From assembly GCF_003704095.1 (NCBI RefSeq), contig NW_020846942.1, positions 1,364,001 through 1,428,000 of the forward strand: 64,000 nucleotides of DNA, given 5' to 3'. The position numbers were made by a program, and so were the translations under genes. Of the stretch, positions 26,001 to 39,199 are shown piece by piece. The first letter of the stretch is position 1. Every line of letters begins with the position of its first letter. The notes under the pieces were generated by a model. That model made no database searches. It worked only from the letters and a program-made list of their open reading frames with translations, and had not been told where the DNA came from. The DNA comes from Pocillopora damicornis. Taxonomy: Eukaryota.

Positions 26001-28599
26001 CAAATCCTCTTTTTCGTTCTCGGACAGCTTGAAATTCACTTGCATGTCTGCCATGTCTTTTTGAGTCTGCAAGAGGTCATCTTCAATTTCCTGGTTTTCT
26101 TTTTCGTACCGCTCTTGCAGCTCCTGAATCGCAGTGTGTTTTTCATTAAGTTCGTGGTATTTCAATTCCATGCCTGCGGCCATGACTTTAAGCTCAGCAA
26201 TAATTGAATCCTTCTTTTCAAGTTCTTTTTTATGTTCCCCTTCACTTTTTCTTTGCTCTGAAATCCCTTGCTGCAAGGCTTGGTACTCCTCGTGCAGAAT
26301 AGAACATTGCTCTTTTTCCCTCTCAAGGTTTTCTCTTAGTTGAAATATTTCCGCCTCGTAAACGTTTCCATGGATTTCCATTTTGTGCATCTCCTCGCGG
26401 GTTTCCTTAAGCTTCATCTCGAGGTCTTTGTTTTCTTTTTCTTTTCTCTGAAGTGTAAAACGAATCTCAGTCGTCTGCCTTTTTGCTTGTTGGAGAAGGG
26501 AATCAGGATCTGGTTTGTGTTCCTTCACCTCATTTCCGGGTCGTGACTCTAGTTCTGCTATTTTATCGAGAGATTCCTTCAATTGTAGATTTAGCTCTTC
26601 CACCTGCGATTGGCTCCGACATAGCTCTGTCTCAGATTCAGAAAGCCTTTGACTTATTAACGATATTCCTGACTCTAGGTCCCGAATATGTTGGTCAAAA
26701 TCAATTTCTTTTGGTGTGGCTTTCGATTCTACTTTGAAATTTTCATTTTCGAGGAGATCAAGGCCTGTCTTGTCCGTCTTCTTTGAAAGCTGGAGAATCT
26801 CGTCTTCTAACTCTTGAATGCGCAGCTTAGAGTAAAGGTTTTCAGCTTTTAAATCTTTCAGCTCTCCTTCGGAGTTGCTCAGCTTCATTCTTGAGTCGGA
26901 TAAGGATTTCTCAAGTTTCGCCTTGTCACTGTGTAAAATATCATTGATTTTCTTCAACTCCACTAGTTCTTTTCTGGTTGCTGTTAATTCCTCATTACAA
27001 ATATCCAGCTTTTCATTGTATATCTTTACCTCGTTTTCTAATCCAGTACAGTTTTCGCGGTACATTTGGAGCTGATCACGGATAGCATCTAGGTCATGCA
27101 ATAGAGAGAAGTTTTCGTGCTCGTTTCTTTGCATTTCTTCAAATTCGGTTTTCACCCGTATTGTGGCCATTTTATTCGAAACCATAAGTAAATCGTGTTT
27201 TAACGATTCGTTCTCTTCATGCAGCATCATCATAGACTCCTTACATACTTCAAGTTCTTGTTTGTTTCGTGAGAGTTCCATCCCTAACTCTGAAGTTTCA
27301 GCGTCCTGGTTACCATTAGGTATGTTAAGACTTAGGAGGTCTTTCTTTAGCTGTTGTACCTCTTTATCCAACTCCTCCTTTTCCTCCTGAAGTTTGTATA
27401 TGATGCTGTCCTGATTTCCGTTATACCAGCTCTCAATTTCTGTACATCTCTTTTGGCTTTTAAGTAATTCCTCTTGGTATCTTTTGCCTGTTTCTCGTGC
27501 CTCTACCACTTTATCTCTTAGTCTCATATTTTGTTCTGTGAGCTCTTTGATCCGCAATTCAAGATTTTCAACCTAAAGAAAGGAAAAATAATTTTCTATG
27601 ACATATTTGATTTGGCATTCAGGCGGTATTCATCCTCAAACAGAGTTATCCGTTGACAATATATTTATGATGGAAAGACGATTGTTTTAATGGAATTACA
27701 GGACGACTTTATGAAGAATCCAAAAGTTTAAGTTTGTCATGGGAAACGTTAATCTGTATGGAAGAAAGCATATTGTTCAAATGGTAAGTTCTGAATATTT
27801 TCAAATTCCAGCGAACAGCTGCGTAACTTTTCAATCAAGAATTTTCTCGGGTAAACTCGGCTGGGAATCTGGACACCCTTTCGGTGTTAACGTTCTACGA
27901 ATCCAATAACCCTAAACTTTACGAATTCGGCAACATTTATGAATTCTTTAGAACCTCTTCTAGTGTTAACCTAGACTTAGAGACATTACCAAATAAGTTA
28001 TGCTTATTTGAGTCTACGTACAATTTCTAAGAAGTTTAAAACTCAAAGGTTTTACTTTCGGCAGCGATTTTGGAGAAAGATTTCAATTTGGTTTGAAGGC
28101 TTTTTTCGACAAAGTCATTCTGAGGAGGTTGCTTATCCGACTCAGCCGTTCTGAATTAGGTATCCAGCCTAATAATTGCAAAGCACTGATTCTGTATACA
28201 AACGTTAACGCGTGCTTTGGAGCGGCCGTTGTTTGAATTAAGCCACAGATCACTGCTAACAAAGGGAAACATGACAACGTAGCTCCCTTGAGCGATGTTA
28301 GGCCTTCAAATGAGCGATGAAAAACTTTCTTGAAAATTCAAAAAACCCAAAATATTGTCTCTTAGGTTCACTGGTAGAAGTTTTTGCAAGAATCAGATAC
28401 TTGAAGATTTCGTGCAAAGACGACAACAAAGAAATATTTTGTGACTGGAAAAAATGTTTGTGCTCGAATACAAACTATAGCTTTCTCTCACCTCATCAGC
28501 GTCATTTTCATGACGTTTCTTAAGATTCAATCTTCCCTCGCTTTCTCTCTCCACAAGAACATTATTATTGTTGGAGGTATCGCTATGTGTGGTGTCCAT
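20082..28599 (-). CDS. Giant coiled-coil protein (~2530 aa; golgin/centrosomal/CENP-F-like composition, orthology not assignable)
   Basis: The uninterrupted exon 20082-27572 (acceptor ttctttag|GTT) is E/K/L/Q-rich with heptad character. A likely first coding exon is 28492-28599 (MDTTHS...NDADE|gtgaga), with phase 0 compatible splicing and an in-frame upstream stop. Confidence 0.85.
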
Positions 28600-29908
28600 A
28601 GTTAATTCTCACAGTTTGTTTCACTGTCGGTAAAGTCTGATCCGCTTATGTCTGGTGATGTTGGCACCAGTGGAACTCTAATTAGCTCTAACGATACAAA
28701 CGCACGAAAATATTAAGATTTTCAAAAATGTCATGCCTTTTCCAAAGACCTTGCCATCTTGACGTTCTCGTAACAGCCTCAATAAACAATCGTTGCCAAA
28801 GTCAGCGATGAGAAGCGTTTTATTGTATGCGTGGAATCCTTTCTGTAAGAATATGCAAAATACCTTGCAACTGAACAATGCTTGGTCTTTAGAAATCATT
28901 TGATATGAAGTCTCTTGAGAACAAGCTTCTTAAGGATGATTATTGTTTTAGATTTTAAAGTATTTTAATTGAATGATCAAGTTTTACAATGCAATATTAA
29001 AGGATCAGGAAATGAAAACGTTTGGCGGAAAGCTTCTTCGATCCACGTCTCCATCTGATCATTAATGGAATGTTATGTCCACGCATTCTGCCCGATATGT
29101 ACTTCAGTATTCAATTTTATTCAGCGCATTCCGGAAAAAAAAATCATCCAGAGCTTGGCAAAAAGGCCTGGGAGAATCTATTTATTTCTATGGCAAAAAT
29201 GGGTAGCAGTCCTGTTAATCAAGTTTGATTGGGTCTTTGCGATATGGAGTATTGTGATTAAATCCGCGGTGGTGCTGAGTAACGTTTACGTCGATGAAAT
29301 AGCGTTAATCGCTTAAATAGGAACTTTTATGCTAGAAGCGACGTTAAAAGAAATGCGCATGTGCACTCGACAGTGAGGACAAAGCAGTCTCCTATTCCCA
29401 CAATTTTCTGACGTCGACAAAGGTAAACAGCAGTTATTCCTCGACTGAAATTCATCTAGCTGAACTGTTCTTAAAAACTAATTTTAAAGTATTCACTTAA
29501 CTTTCACACGTCTCTTAAATTATACAGCTGCAGATAGTAGAATACATGCTTTGTTAGTAAGTCTTCCTTCTTCACTTTTTTCCCATTTATTTATGTCATT
29601 ATGAAAAAAAAATATTTTTTGCCACTCAGCAAACATGGTGTAGTTGATGTAATCATATATCGCTACCGTTTAAACTTTTTCTTAGAATACTACGCATTCC
29701 ATTCCACCAAGACCTACTAAGAGAAAACACCTGTGAAGGACATTATTTTCTGTCGATTTTACTCAATTGTGCTATGGCTGCATGACTGCTGAACAAATCA
29801 TTTGATGGTATTTCAATAATTGCACGATTTTTTACCAACACAAATAGTAAATGAGTTGAAAGCAGCCGGCTAAAGATAACAGAATAGCCTGCAGTTTCGG
29901 TTGCTAAA

Positions 29909-30080
29909 ATACTTGTTACTAACCGAGTTTGAAGTCCGTACTGTAAATTACAGACCGATGTTTTTTTCCTATCAGATTTATAACCTAAGGGGGAAGCGCG
30001 AGCCTTTAATCCAAGCAGGAAAAACGAGGCTCCGCAACTTACAGCATATACCGAGAAAACGAGGTTAGTAATATATTTAT
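29909..30080. mobile_element. Short non-autonomous TIR element
   Basis: Ends TTACTAACC...GAG / GAGGTTAGTAA, with internal inverted ACTGTAA / TTACAG motifs. Confidence 0.45.
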
Positions 30081-31886
30081 TGCGTCTGTGAGTTAAAATA
30101 GAAGGGGAAAATTTCAATTCAAACAAAGTTTTGGAATTAGCGGGTCGCACTGTGAAATATGGCCCGCCGAATTTACCAGGAAAACTGGGGGAAAGCAAAC
30201 TACGGAAGCAATTTTTCACTTAGGCACACAGCCAAACAATGAGCTATTGTTTTTTCTGTTTCATACACCTTCAACCGAGGATCTCATAATTATTTTTTTA
30301 AAAGCTTTGTAGAAGGTTGTGCTGATTCATAGGAAAAATGTAACATCAACTTTATCTAATTATTCCGGTCCGGTTAACCCACGACACAACACTGGATTTT
30401 TAAACCTGCGACATTTAATAAATGTTTTGGAGATAAGATTATCGGACCGGGTGTTTGCATGTGGTTCTTTGAGCTATATTTCGTAGGAATGAAACGCAGA
30501 GCTTTGAAATCGCAGAGTTTTAAGGTGCAAACTGTTTTTATCACTGTTCAAGCGAAAAATTACGAATTTACCATGTGGGGAAAGCAAATCTATCATTAGT
30601 CATCATCTTACATTAGCATACTGGCTGCAATTCATCAGAATATCTTGTTCAAATTGCGTTGTCGCCTTTATTTAATATCCTGACGGAGAAATCTCTTCCT
30701 TCTAAAGGTAAACAACTCATTTACTATGGCGAGAAAGTGTCAATCTCATCAGTTTCCCCTTCGGCTTAATGGCGGCTCGCAGAATTTCTGTTTAAGGTGT
30801 TTAAATGCGTTATTTTTGCAAATTTCCTCCCTATTCGGGCAATACTAAAAGCACAGAATCTTGAAATTTTAACTATAGCGTGAATAACTGTCACTCTGAA
30901 AATGCGATAAGAATTGTATCACTCAATGCACCACTTTTAAGTCAATAGTTTCTCAGCCAAGTTTTAATTCAAGTAATTTTCGTATGCAACTTGTCTCTGT
31001 AACAACTAAATTGTCAGGATTTCGCAAGCAAACACGAGCGAAAAGTGAAAAAACAGCCAGAATACGTTTGATTGCAAAATATGGAATGATAAATTATTAG
31101 GAAACGAAGTCGAGTTAAATCAATTTATTTAGGTAAGCTATAAGATCGTTATTGTAATGAATATTTTTCTTTCACCTCAGAAGAGAGAGGTGTTAAAAGC
31201 TAAAACTTGAAAGGAAGGATTTTAAGCCTTTTCATTCAACATGTAACTGACAGCAAAGCTTTCTAGTTATTTTTACTCAAATTCGTCATTCTTAAATTCT
31301 CGCGCAATGTACGTCTAATTACAAGAAATACGTATTACTTGGTATGGCTAAAGTACAAACAAAAAATTTTAAAAATAAACAATTTATGAAACCTATTATT
31401 CATAACACAAAGACGTCTTTCATTACAGAAAGGAAAATATGTTCTTTTAAGCCAAAACTCGCAACGTGTCTGTCACTGAAGTTTTTTAATTCTTCGAAAT
31501 CAGCTGCAGGATTGAAACTTTAATTTCAATTGATTGCGTCGAAACACATCCGCTCTTAACATTTGGACGTGGTTTTAGTCGGGGATTAGGTTTCAGATCA
31601 AATTCTGGCGCATTCAGCGAAATAGATTAGAGTCCACGACTTTACTGTTTATTAATAAGCATTTTTTTTTCTCTCGGAAAAAAAAGCTGGTAAATTTTTC
31701 CGAAGACAGCTTTAACAGCTTTGAGACTACAATGTCTAAAAGATGAACTTTAGGAAAAAGCTGTGAAAAACAATTTTGAAAATAAGTTCCTGAAAGACGA
31801 GGATAAACTGACGTATCAAACTAATTTTGCAAATGGGAAACTTCTCGGAGTAGAAAAAAAAAAAAAAAAAGATTTGAGCATACATT

Positions 31887-32996
31887 ATGTATTGGACCAA
31901 CCGAGGATGGAATCTAAAGTTGGCTTTACTTTTCTTCACTACCGTTCAAGCTACAGCAAATAATTCGACGTCGGTATCATCTAATTCTCCTATCGTAACA
32001 GCTTCGACCGTAGCTCTTGCTGTTGTTGTGGTTTTCGCCTTGTTGGGAAATACCCTCGTTTGCTTTGCATTCTATCACTCGACCAACCTCAGATGTGTTA
32101 CAAACATATTCATTGTGTCATTAGCCATCACAGACATCCTTGTGGCTTCCGTTTCAATTCCGATCTGGCTTGTTATTCAGAACACGGATTGTATCAAAAC
32201 AATGCAGGCCTGCGATCCGATTCTCATCTCGTTTTGGAGGTGCTTGGACATCCTGTTTTCCACCGCTTCGATCATGAACTTGTGCGCCATAAGCTGTGAT
32301 AGGTACATAGCTATCACTTCACCTCTAAGGTACTCACAGATCCTCACCAAAACCCGCGCGATCATCGCCTTGATTGGCCTGTGGTCATATTCAGCAACCA
32401 TTGCTGCTATCAACATACACGGCGGGATTTACTACCCTGTACTGGTGTTTGTGGTGTCTTTCCTTCTTCCTCTCTCCGTAATGGTATACTCCTACTCACG
32501 CATATTTCTTGCCGCCCTTCGCCAAGCGCGCCGAATCCAACCTCTCCGGCAAGCGTTCTATTTCAAGCGGGAGATCAAGGCGGCAAAAACGCTGGCGATT
32601 GTCATGGGTGCGTTTATAGTCTGTTGGGCGCCGTTTTTCATCATGAATATCTTGGTTACGTTTTTAAAGTTTTATGTCCCGTTGGTAGCGACTTTCGCAA
32701 TCAAACTGCTTCATTATGGAAACTCCGCTCTAAATCCTGTCATTTACTCAAGCTCCAATCGAGATTTTCGACACAAAATTTTGCGAGTCCTCCCTTGCAA
32801 ATGCGGGCAAATTCAAAGCAATCTAAGCGAAGCTGTGGTCCAATTCTGGAGCACGAGTTTCCGAAGTACGTTCGGTGCAAGTTCTACATTTCGAAACGAA
32901 AGTGCTATGGAAAGAAATAATAACATTGACGACGAAATTACTAGTCGAACGAAAACAAAAGTTGAAAACGGTTTTTGCGAAAGACCAACTCAATAG
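31887..32996 (+). CDS. Intronless class A GPCR, biogenic amine receptor-like
   Basis: GN in TM1, SLAITD in TM2, TM3 CLDILFSTASIMNLCAISCDRY with the amine-binding Asp, KAAKTL, CWAPFF and NPVIY. Confidence 0.92.
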   Translation: MYWTNRGWNLKLALLFFTTVQATANNSTSVSSNSPIVTASTVALAVVVVFALLGNTLVCFAFYHSTNLRCVTNIFIVSLAITDILVASVSIPIWLVIQNTDCIKTMQACDPILISFWRCLDILFSTASIMNLCAISCDRYIAITSPLRYSQILTKTRAIIALIGLWSYSATIAAINIHGGIYYPVLVFVVSFLLPLSVMVYSYSRIFLAALRQARRIQPLRQAFYFKREIKAAKTLAIVMGAFIVCWAPFFIMNILVTFLKFYVPLVATFAIKLLHYGNSALNPVIYSSSNRDFRHKILRVLPCKCGQIQSNLSEAVVQFWSTSFRSTFGASSTFRNESAMERNNNIDDEITSRTKTKVENGFCERPTQ

Positions 32997-34129
32997 ATCG
33001 ACTGTGGATTGAAAACAAACAAGCGGGCTTTCTAAGAGCTGTAGATACAGGGATGTGGTGTAGTCTATGAGGAGCATGTATTACACATTTATGTTAACTG
33101 CTTCATAACTCTGTTTTTAGGCAATTATCTGAAATAGCCCAATTTGTATTAAACACTGTTCGATATTCCTTCTAAACTGCACTTTTATTTCGGTCTAGTC
33201 TGGCCTCATTATATCATCAGGTGATAACAAGATCATTGAAAGCCTCCGATCTGAGTTGTCATGGAAACATTTATGGAAACTGATGACATTTTTGATAACT
33301 TGATATTGTTTTACATGACACGATATCTTTCTTTAATGATTTCCCGAATGACAATGTAAATGGTTTCTAACGCTTTGGAACGGTGTAATCAAGTCATGTC
33401 AAAATGAAAATTCGCGAGCGTTACAACGTAGAAACCCTAAAAATTGATTACTTCTGCGTTGTAGTAGAAGCTGTTCGCTTTACTGGTCAAGTATTAAAGA
33501 CCATTTATCACTAGCTATTGTAAATAGTAGTGATATAGGTAATCCTAAGGAATAGTTAACAAGAAAGAATTAGATTTGCCTTTTTCGGAGATTAACATAA
33601 AGGAGAAAGAAAATGACCACAATCTTCCGTTACTAATAAAATTTTGTCAATTTAATTTTAAAAAAAAAATATTGATAACCAGGCCTGGGCAACAATCTGT
33701 GGGCATTTGTCGAGTAAGAATCCAGTCATTATTAGGGGATAGGGGGTAGGGGGTAGGGGGTAAGGGGGGGTCGGAGGACTTATGGAGGATCACATGGTTT
33801 TCAGGAGGAACGAGGCGGGGTCTGACGAAATATGATGTATGATGGGTTGTAAGTGGAGGATTTGGACCTGTTTGTGTCTCTCTACTCAAGGGAGAAAGAG
33901 AGGTATAATAATAAAGAAGAAGCTGACAGTTAACTTTGCTTGTGTTTATTTCTTATACAGTGTTTTGATCAAAACTAGTTGTTATTCAAATTGTGGAAAG
34001 CGTCTGCGACAGCTTCATCTAGCCAAAGATACGCTCCTTGTGAAGAAATCGGTGAAAATGACCTGATTGTAAAAAAAAAAGGGAAAATAACTGGTTAGTG
34101 TGTTTTAATGAAAGAAAATTAAGCATTTT

Positions 34130-34380
34130 AGAGACTAGTCATTAAATTTTTTTGGGGAGGGAGGTCAAATGGTTTTCGTAGGGAACCGAAGAAAGATTAG
34201 ACTTCGCAAGGAGAGTTAAAGGGGGGTAAAATAGACCATTGACTGCCCGTGAGGAGGGATCATTAAAATGTTACAAAGCCTTAAGGGGAGATCAGGAAAA
34301 TTTGCTGTGAACCAACTAAAATTCTCTGAACCCCCCCCTCCTTCCGCCTTGTAGGCGATAAATGATAACCGGTTTCTTAA
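34130..34380. mobile_element. ~250 bp G-rich TIR repeat family member (other copies ~33720-33830, 35868-36125, 45487-45745, 47686-47970)
   Basis: Shared core GGATCACATGGTTTTCAGGGGGAAC...AAATTTTATCGTGACACAACCAAA and termini resembling GGACCAGTCATTATTTATCGCC / GGCGATAAATAATGACCGGT. Confidence 0.7.
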
Positions 34381-35085
34381 TGAACTTAAGTTATTATAAT
34401 CAGAGTGCTAACTTTATGGCGTCCTTTTCATTAATTATTAGTGTCTCAATGAGGTAAATTTAGTCGTTGGGCATAAAAATTGACAAATCTTGCCCACTAG
34501 TTGAAATAAAAGTCAACTTTAAAAATAACTTTGGTAACAACAATGGAAAGATATTAACCGTTGGCCTTAAATTGGCTAAAATTCTAACCGTTCACCGTAA
34601 AGGCAATAACCCCATTGAAACCCCCTTATGATAGAAAGATCAAAGAGTGAGCAGCACTTAGGATGAACATGATAAAAAAGAGATCCTCTGACAGCGTTTA
34701 AGTGGTTTTTTTGATGTATTCTAGGTTATGGTACTATCGTAAATCGTTCCTTCTTCCTAAAAGGAGATTCAAAATCATCGCCTTTGTACCCGCCCTCACA
34801 TGCGTCATCGTGGGAAGGGGCATAAGGGGTTGAAAACTGGAAACGACAGTGGTAAGGATATCCCATATTGAACACCTGCAGCGTTGTTTCCTTCTTCTAA
34901 AATACAAAGAAGGATATCTAAATTTTCCTGAAACAGTCCAGTTTATAAATTTTCTTGGATGAAGAACATGACTTAGATTAAACGTTCAAGGTTCTAAGTA
35001 TCCCTCAGGCTCTTTCTGCCTCACTCATTGTCTCTCCCGTTCATCTCCGTTTCTTTTCGGTAATCTCATTGTCTCACTCACCTTC

Positions 35086-38000
35086 TTACCACAGAACACT
35101 GTACACATAGTTTGTTCTTTGTTTTCCCACTCCACTCCAGCAGGATGTGCTCGATCCATGCTTCGTGTAAGTTGTATCATCTTTATCCACCCAACATTCG
35201 CCGTAAAACTGCACGGCAAAATACTTCTTCCCATCTTTCTTTGCGGCCTGGTAGCAAAGGTCGACTTTGATAAAGAAGAAGAAGAAGAAATTTTGTAATT
35301 CCTTATTTCTTCGTGTGAGGTAGTTTCGTCATTAGCTCTTTTGATACGTTTTTCAGAGCAAGGCAGACTTTGCTTTAAGGTTTTTTTAACAAAATATATA
35401 AAGGTAACGCCATGAATAAACCCGATTTTTTCATTGAAATTGCTTGTATTTCTTGCACTGTCCTGTGCTTGGCGGTGATTTCTGGCAAGTTTGTACTAAC
35501 CCAGTCACACAACACTGATTCGTTGACTCCCAAATGTATCTGCTAGGGTTTTAACTGTGCGACACTAAAAACATTTAAAACTATTAACTACTCCACGTGA
35601 ACTGCACAATTTTATTATACTTACCAGTTTTACCGATGTTAAACCAATCAATCTGGGATCGCAGGTTCACAAGCAACTTTTCCATTGCTCGGTCACGTGT
35701 ATTATCCTTCCAACATCCCAGGTCCGACCAAGGTGCAAACTTGTACACAAAATTTGCCCAGTGCATCCCAACGCCTTAACGAGATAAAATGAAAATGAAA
35801 AAAAAATTATTCAGAGGTGATTAATTCGCGATATGGCTCTCCGTTTACTTCCTCCAGGCTCCTATTAGGAACCAGTCATTATTCATCGTCTGGAGAGTGG
35901 GGGTTGAAAGATTTTTAGGGCCGGGGTATCACACTGGTTTTCAGTGGGATCGGAGGTGGGAGTCAGTCGTCTCAAACAGAGTTTAAAAATGGACTATAGA
36001 AACAAAATTGACTGCCAATGAAGAGAGATCATTAGAATACTACAGAGCCTCATTAAAGGACCGGTTACATTTTATTGTGACACAATCAAAACCCCCCATC
36101 CCCTACCCTCCCTGGCGATGACTAAATTTACTTCGAGCTGCTATTATGTAGGAAGGAAAGGAACGCATTTGGTGGTATATTAACAGAATGGCTCTTAATC
36201 CACAGTCTCAAGCTCAAGTCATTTTTTGAGGTCGAAAAATATGTTACCTTGAATTAAATTTTGGTAGTTAAAGCGCAAAAGGCCCTAGTATGACCCTACA
36301 CGCCTCACTGGCTTGTGTCTGGTAATGAAAACTCTTTGAATGAGTGGAAAAGAGAACTTGTGTTGAACCATTGTGAACTTTGCTTTAAGACACGGCCTTA
36401 ACACCTTGACATCTAAGAGTTACTAGCTGCTGATATACTTTCCCCCTTCAATTTCAACCCTGAATCATAGATCAAGGTTAGGAGAATAAAGTAAATGATC
36501 ACCAACTAAAGAAGCTCTTGATTGTTAAACAAATTCTCCCTATCAGCACCTAAGGAAACGTATAGAGAACAGTATGGAGAATTTTCATTCTGATGTTAGG
36601 GTATAAAGGGTTAAACGTGGCACTAACCACATGGATAAATCGTTCACTCTGTATTCGTCCATGAAGACATTTTTGACATAAAACTATTCCAGACTAAATG
36701 TTTCTTCTGGGGCAGGAGCTCTCAGGCAAACAACCCCTCTAAGCTTAGTGGAAAGAGCCTTGACGTAAAAATGTTTTCGGATGCATACCTTCAATACAGT
36801 TCTGTTTGCTCTGTAGTTGTCCAACCTCTCCATGCATATCGTATCGTGTCTCGGCTTCTTCATCACTCCAGCATTCTCCGTAAAATTGGATTCCAAAATA
36901 TCTGAAGAAACAAACCGAGCTGCAGCAGGCAAATTAAACTTTTACCCCCCTCCTCGCCTCTAACTGCTACATATTACCTTGCAAACTTGTGATCAGTTTC
37001 GATAATTTTTTATTTGATCAAGATAACAACTTCTACTTGATAGGTTTGAAAATTCTCTTTGCTTATTTGCTGGGTAATGTATTGGTATCATAGGGAGAAG
37101 TTACATGTGAATCACTTGTGGGGGTTAAAAGGTTAACTGAGGATGATGAACTACGGTAAGAGGGGGCCCTGGTTTAAGCGAAAGCTGGCGCGACTGCTAG
37201 AACACAAATGGACATCGCAACTTTCCATTTCAGTACGAGGTGGGGATAAAGAATCCCGTGATAAGCTTGATTCTCACTTAGGATGGTTAGTAACTCTCTC
37301 GGTGGTTCATTCTGAGGAGTTACGATTCTCGCTGTCGTTTTCAAAAAGCACTCCTCTCAAACAAACAAAAAAAATCTTGATGCAAGTTTAACTCAAACTA
37401 AAACAGGAGTGACAAAGATGAATTCAAATGGATAACGCGTTGAAGATTAACTCTTGTTATTAAACTTTTACAATAGTGACCAAGTTGTTGTGACTCAGCG
37501 AACGTTCTCCCCTTGAAACGCATTATATTTCTCCCATTGATCAGTTAAGGCGATATGGTGTGACATCAAAATGGAAACCTTTGACTTATGATATCACTCT
37601 ATGAACCATAGGATGGCCGTAATCTTAAATCCACGAAGCTGATTGGCTAATCACGCGTTCACAAGCGATGAAGCTTTTTAAACAAACGAACCACGGTTCG
37701 GAATTTTTTCCGCGTCATTTGTGGCAAGGCGAATCCGCTCATTCGGTCCTCCCGCTCGGAAAATAACAATAATGAATTGATTGATTATTCCAGTAACCTG
37801 TTTTTCTAGTTTATGCATGGATATTGTAAGGAAAAGTTAATATTAATCACTTCTCAGAATTGAAGAATTAATACCGGAATCCTCGTTGCCAGGCTTTTTC
37901 GGCACACTTGGTAACCATGTTTCTTATGTTATACCAATCGATTTCCTTTCGTAGATAGGCGTACAGAGTTCGAAGGGCTCGATTGGTTTTACTGTCTTTA

Positions 38001-38757
38001 TAACAGCCAACCTCAATCAAACGCGGAAGACCTGAAAAGTGAGTACAAAGGAATCGTTAAAAAGATTTTAAGAATACTACGTTAGTTTAGTAATCAACAA
38101 AGGAGGCACTTTGCGTAGTCTGTTCGTCCAGTCCCGAGAAGGACTGTTGCGGTTGTAGCAACTGAAGTTTTTACAACCTAAGCGGGTAATCGGAGTCAGA
38201 ACGAGGGTAAGTGCATAGTCTTTGATATGCGAGTGCTTTGTCATTTTCATGTACATAAATCTTATTTAAACATTTAAGACTTCGCTCCTAGCCTCATTTT
38301 GAGGATCCTTAAAATTCCCAATTGGCTATTGACTGAGCGGGGGAAATGAACTGCTGACTGCATTCGGTATTCACCCATGAAAATTGGAAATAAGTCTTAA
38401 ATTAATATAAGATTTTCATACGAGAGTGGTTGTTACTTGAAAATACCCCCTCAGCTTACTTTATGGACGCGTTACTTACCTACATTTCCTTCTCACCTTT
38501 TTGCAAACACTTTACACCTGCGTCGTTACCATGGGTACAACTACCAACATTTCCCCACCCAGAGTGAGGGCAGCTTAGCAGAGATCTCTCTCCTCCTGAG
38601 CACTGCACATTGCTAAGCCATACGGGACCTTGACCTTGACCATATTTGGCTTTCTTTGTCTCTTGGATCGCTTTGACCAGTCCCAGTTCATTGCATACAA
38701 CGAAGGCGTCTTTGATGTCCCAGGCTTTGTCGCACACCGTACCCCATTGGTTGTCAT
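35086..38757 (-). CDS. SRCR plus 2x WSC-like domain protein, paralogue A (5' end in or beyond gap)
   Basis: Phase-compatible exons: gap-38497 (SRCR: WGTVCDKAW..GQGPVWLSNVQCSGGE..CTHGNDAGVKC), 37875-38031, 36789-36901, 35625-35774 and 35086-35264. Two repeats of GC[YW]KD...IDW...C...YF[GA]xQFYGECW...GVG...NxVY. Confidence 0.85.
35868..36125. mobile_element. G-rich TIR repeat family member
   Basis: Same core and termini as the 34130-34380 copy. Confidence 0.7.
36398..36614. mobile_element. TTAA-flanked (piggyBac-type) MITE; similar degenerate elements at ~36933-37136 and ~48507-48679
   Basis: TTAA-CACCTTGACATCTAA ... TTAGGGTATAAAGGG-TTAA ends. Confidence 0.6.
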
Positions 38758-39199
38758 NNNNNNNNNNNNNNNNNNNNNNNNNNNNNNNNNNNNNNNNNNN
38801 NNNNNNNNNNNNNNNNNNNNNNNNNNNNNNNNNNNNNNNNNNNNNNNNNNNNNNNNNAATGCAATAAACAATTCGCTTTAATTACTTTTTTTCCCTCCAG
38901 CTGGAGGATATTTTCCCGACGTGTAAAGACTGTTGAAATCGGCATGCCTGCCGCTATCGGCAAACCAAAGCCGGCGGCTCCTTTCGACGGAAGTCACGTG
39001 GCTCTCGTTGTGCTTCATTGCGTCACACTTTCCAAAAGTTAAGCACCTATAAACGCTTCGATGGTAGATAATATTATAATGTAACTACTGATATATGAAC
39101 ATAAAGTGGCGAGTTGACGGTGAAGGAGACTTTCAAGAGAGATAATCCGGCAGGGAATTACAGCGTCCATCGCCGAGGAAACAATTTTCCCTATACAGA

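Noticed and set aside
20084-27390. Many plus-strand Ser/Phe/Leu-rich ORFs
   Set aside because: These are antisense shadows of the Glu/Lys-rich coiled-coil exon.
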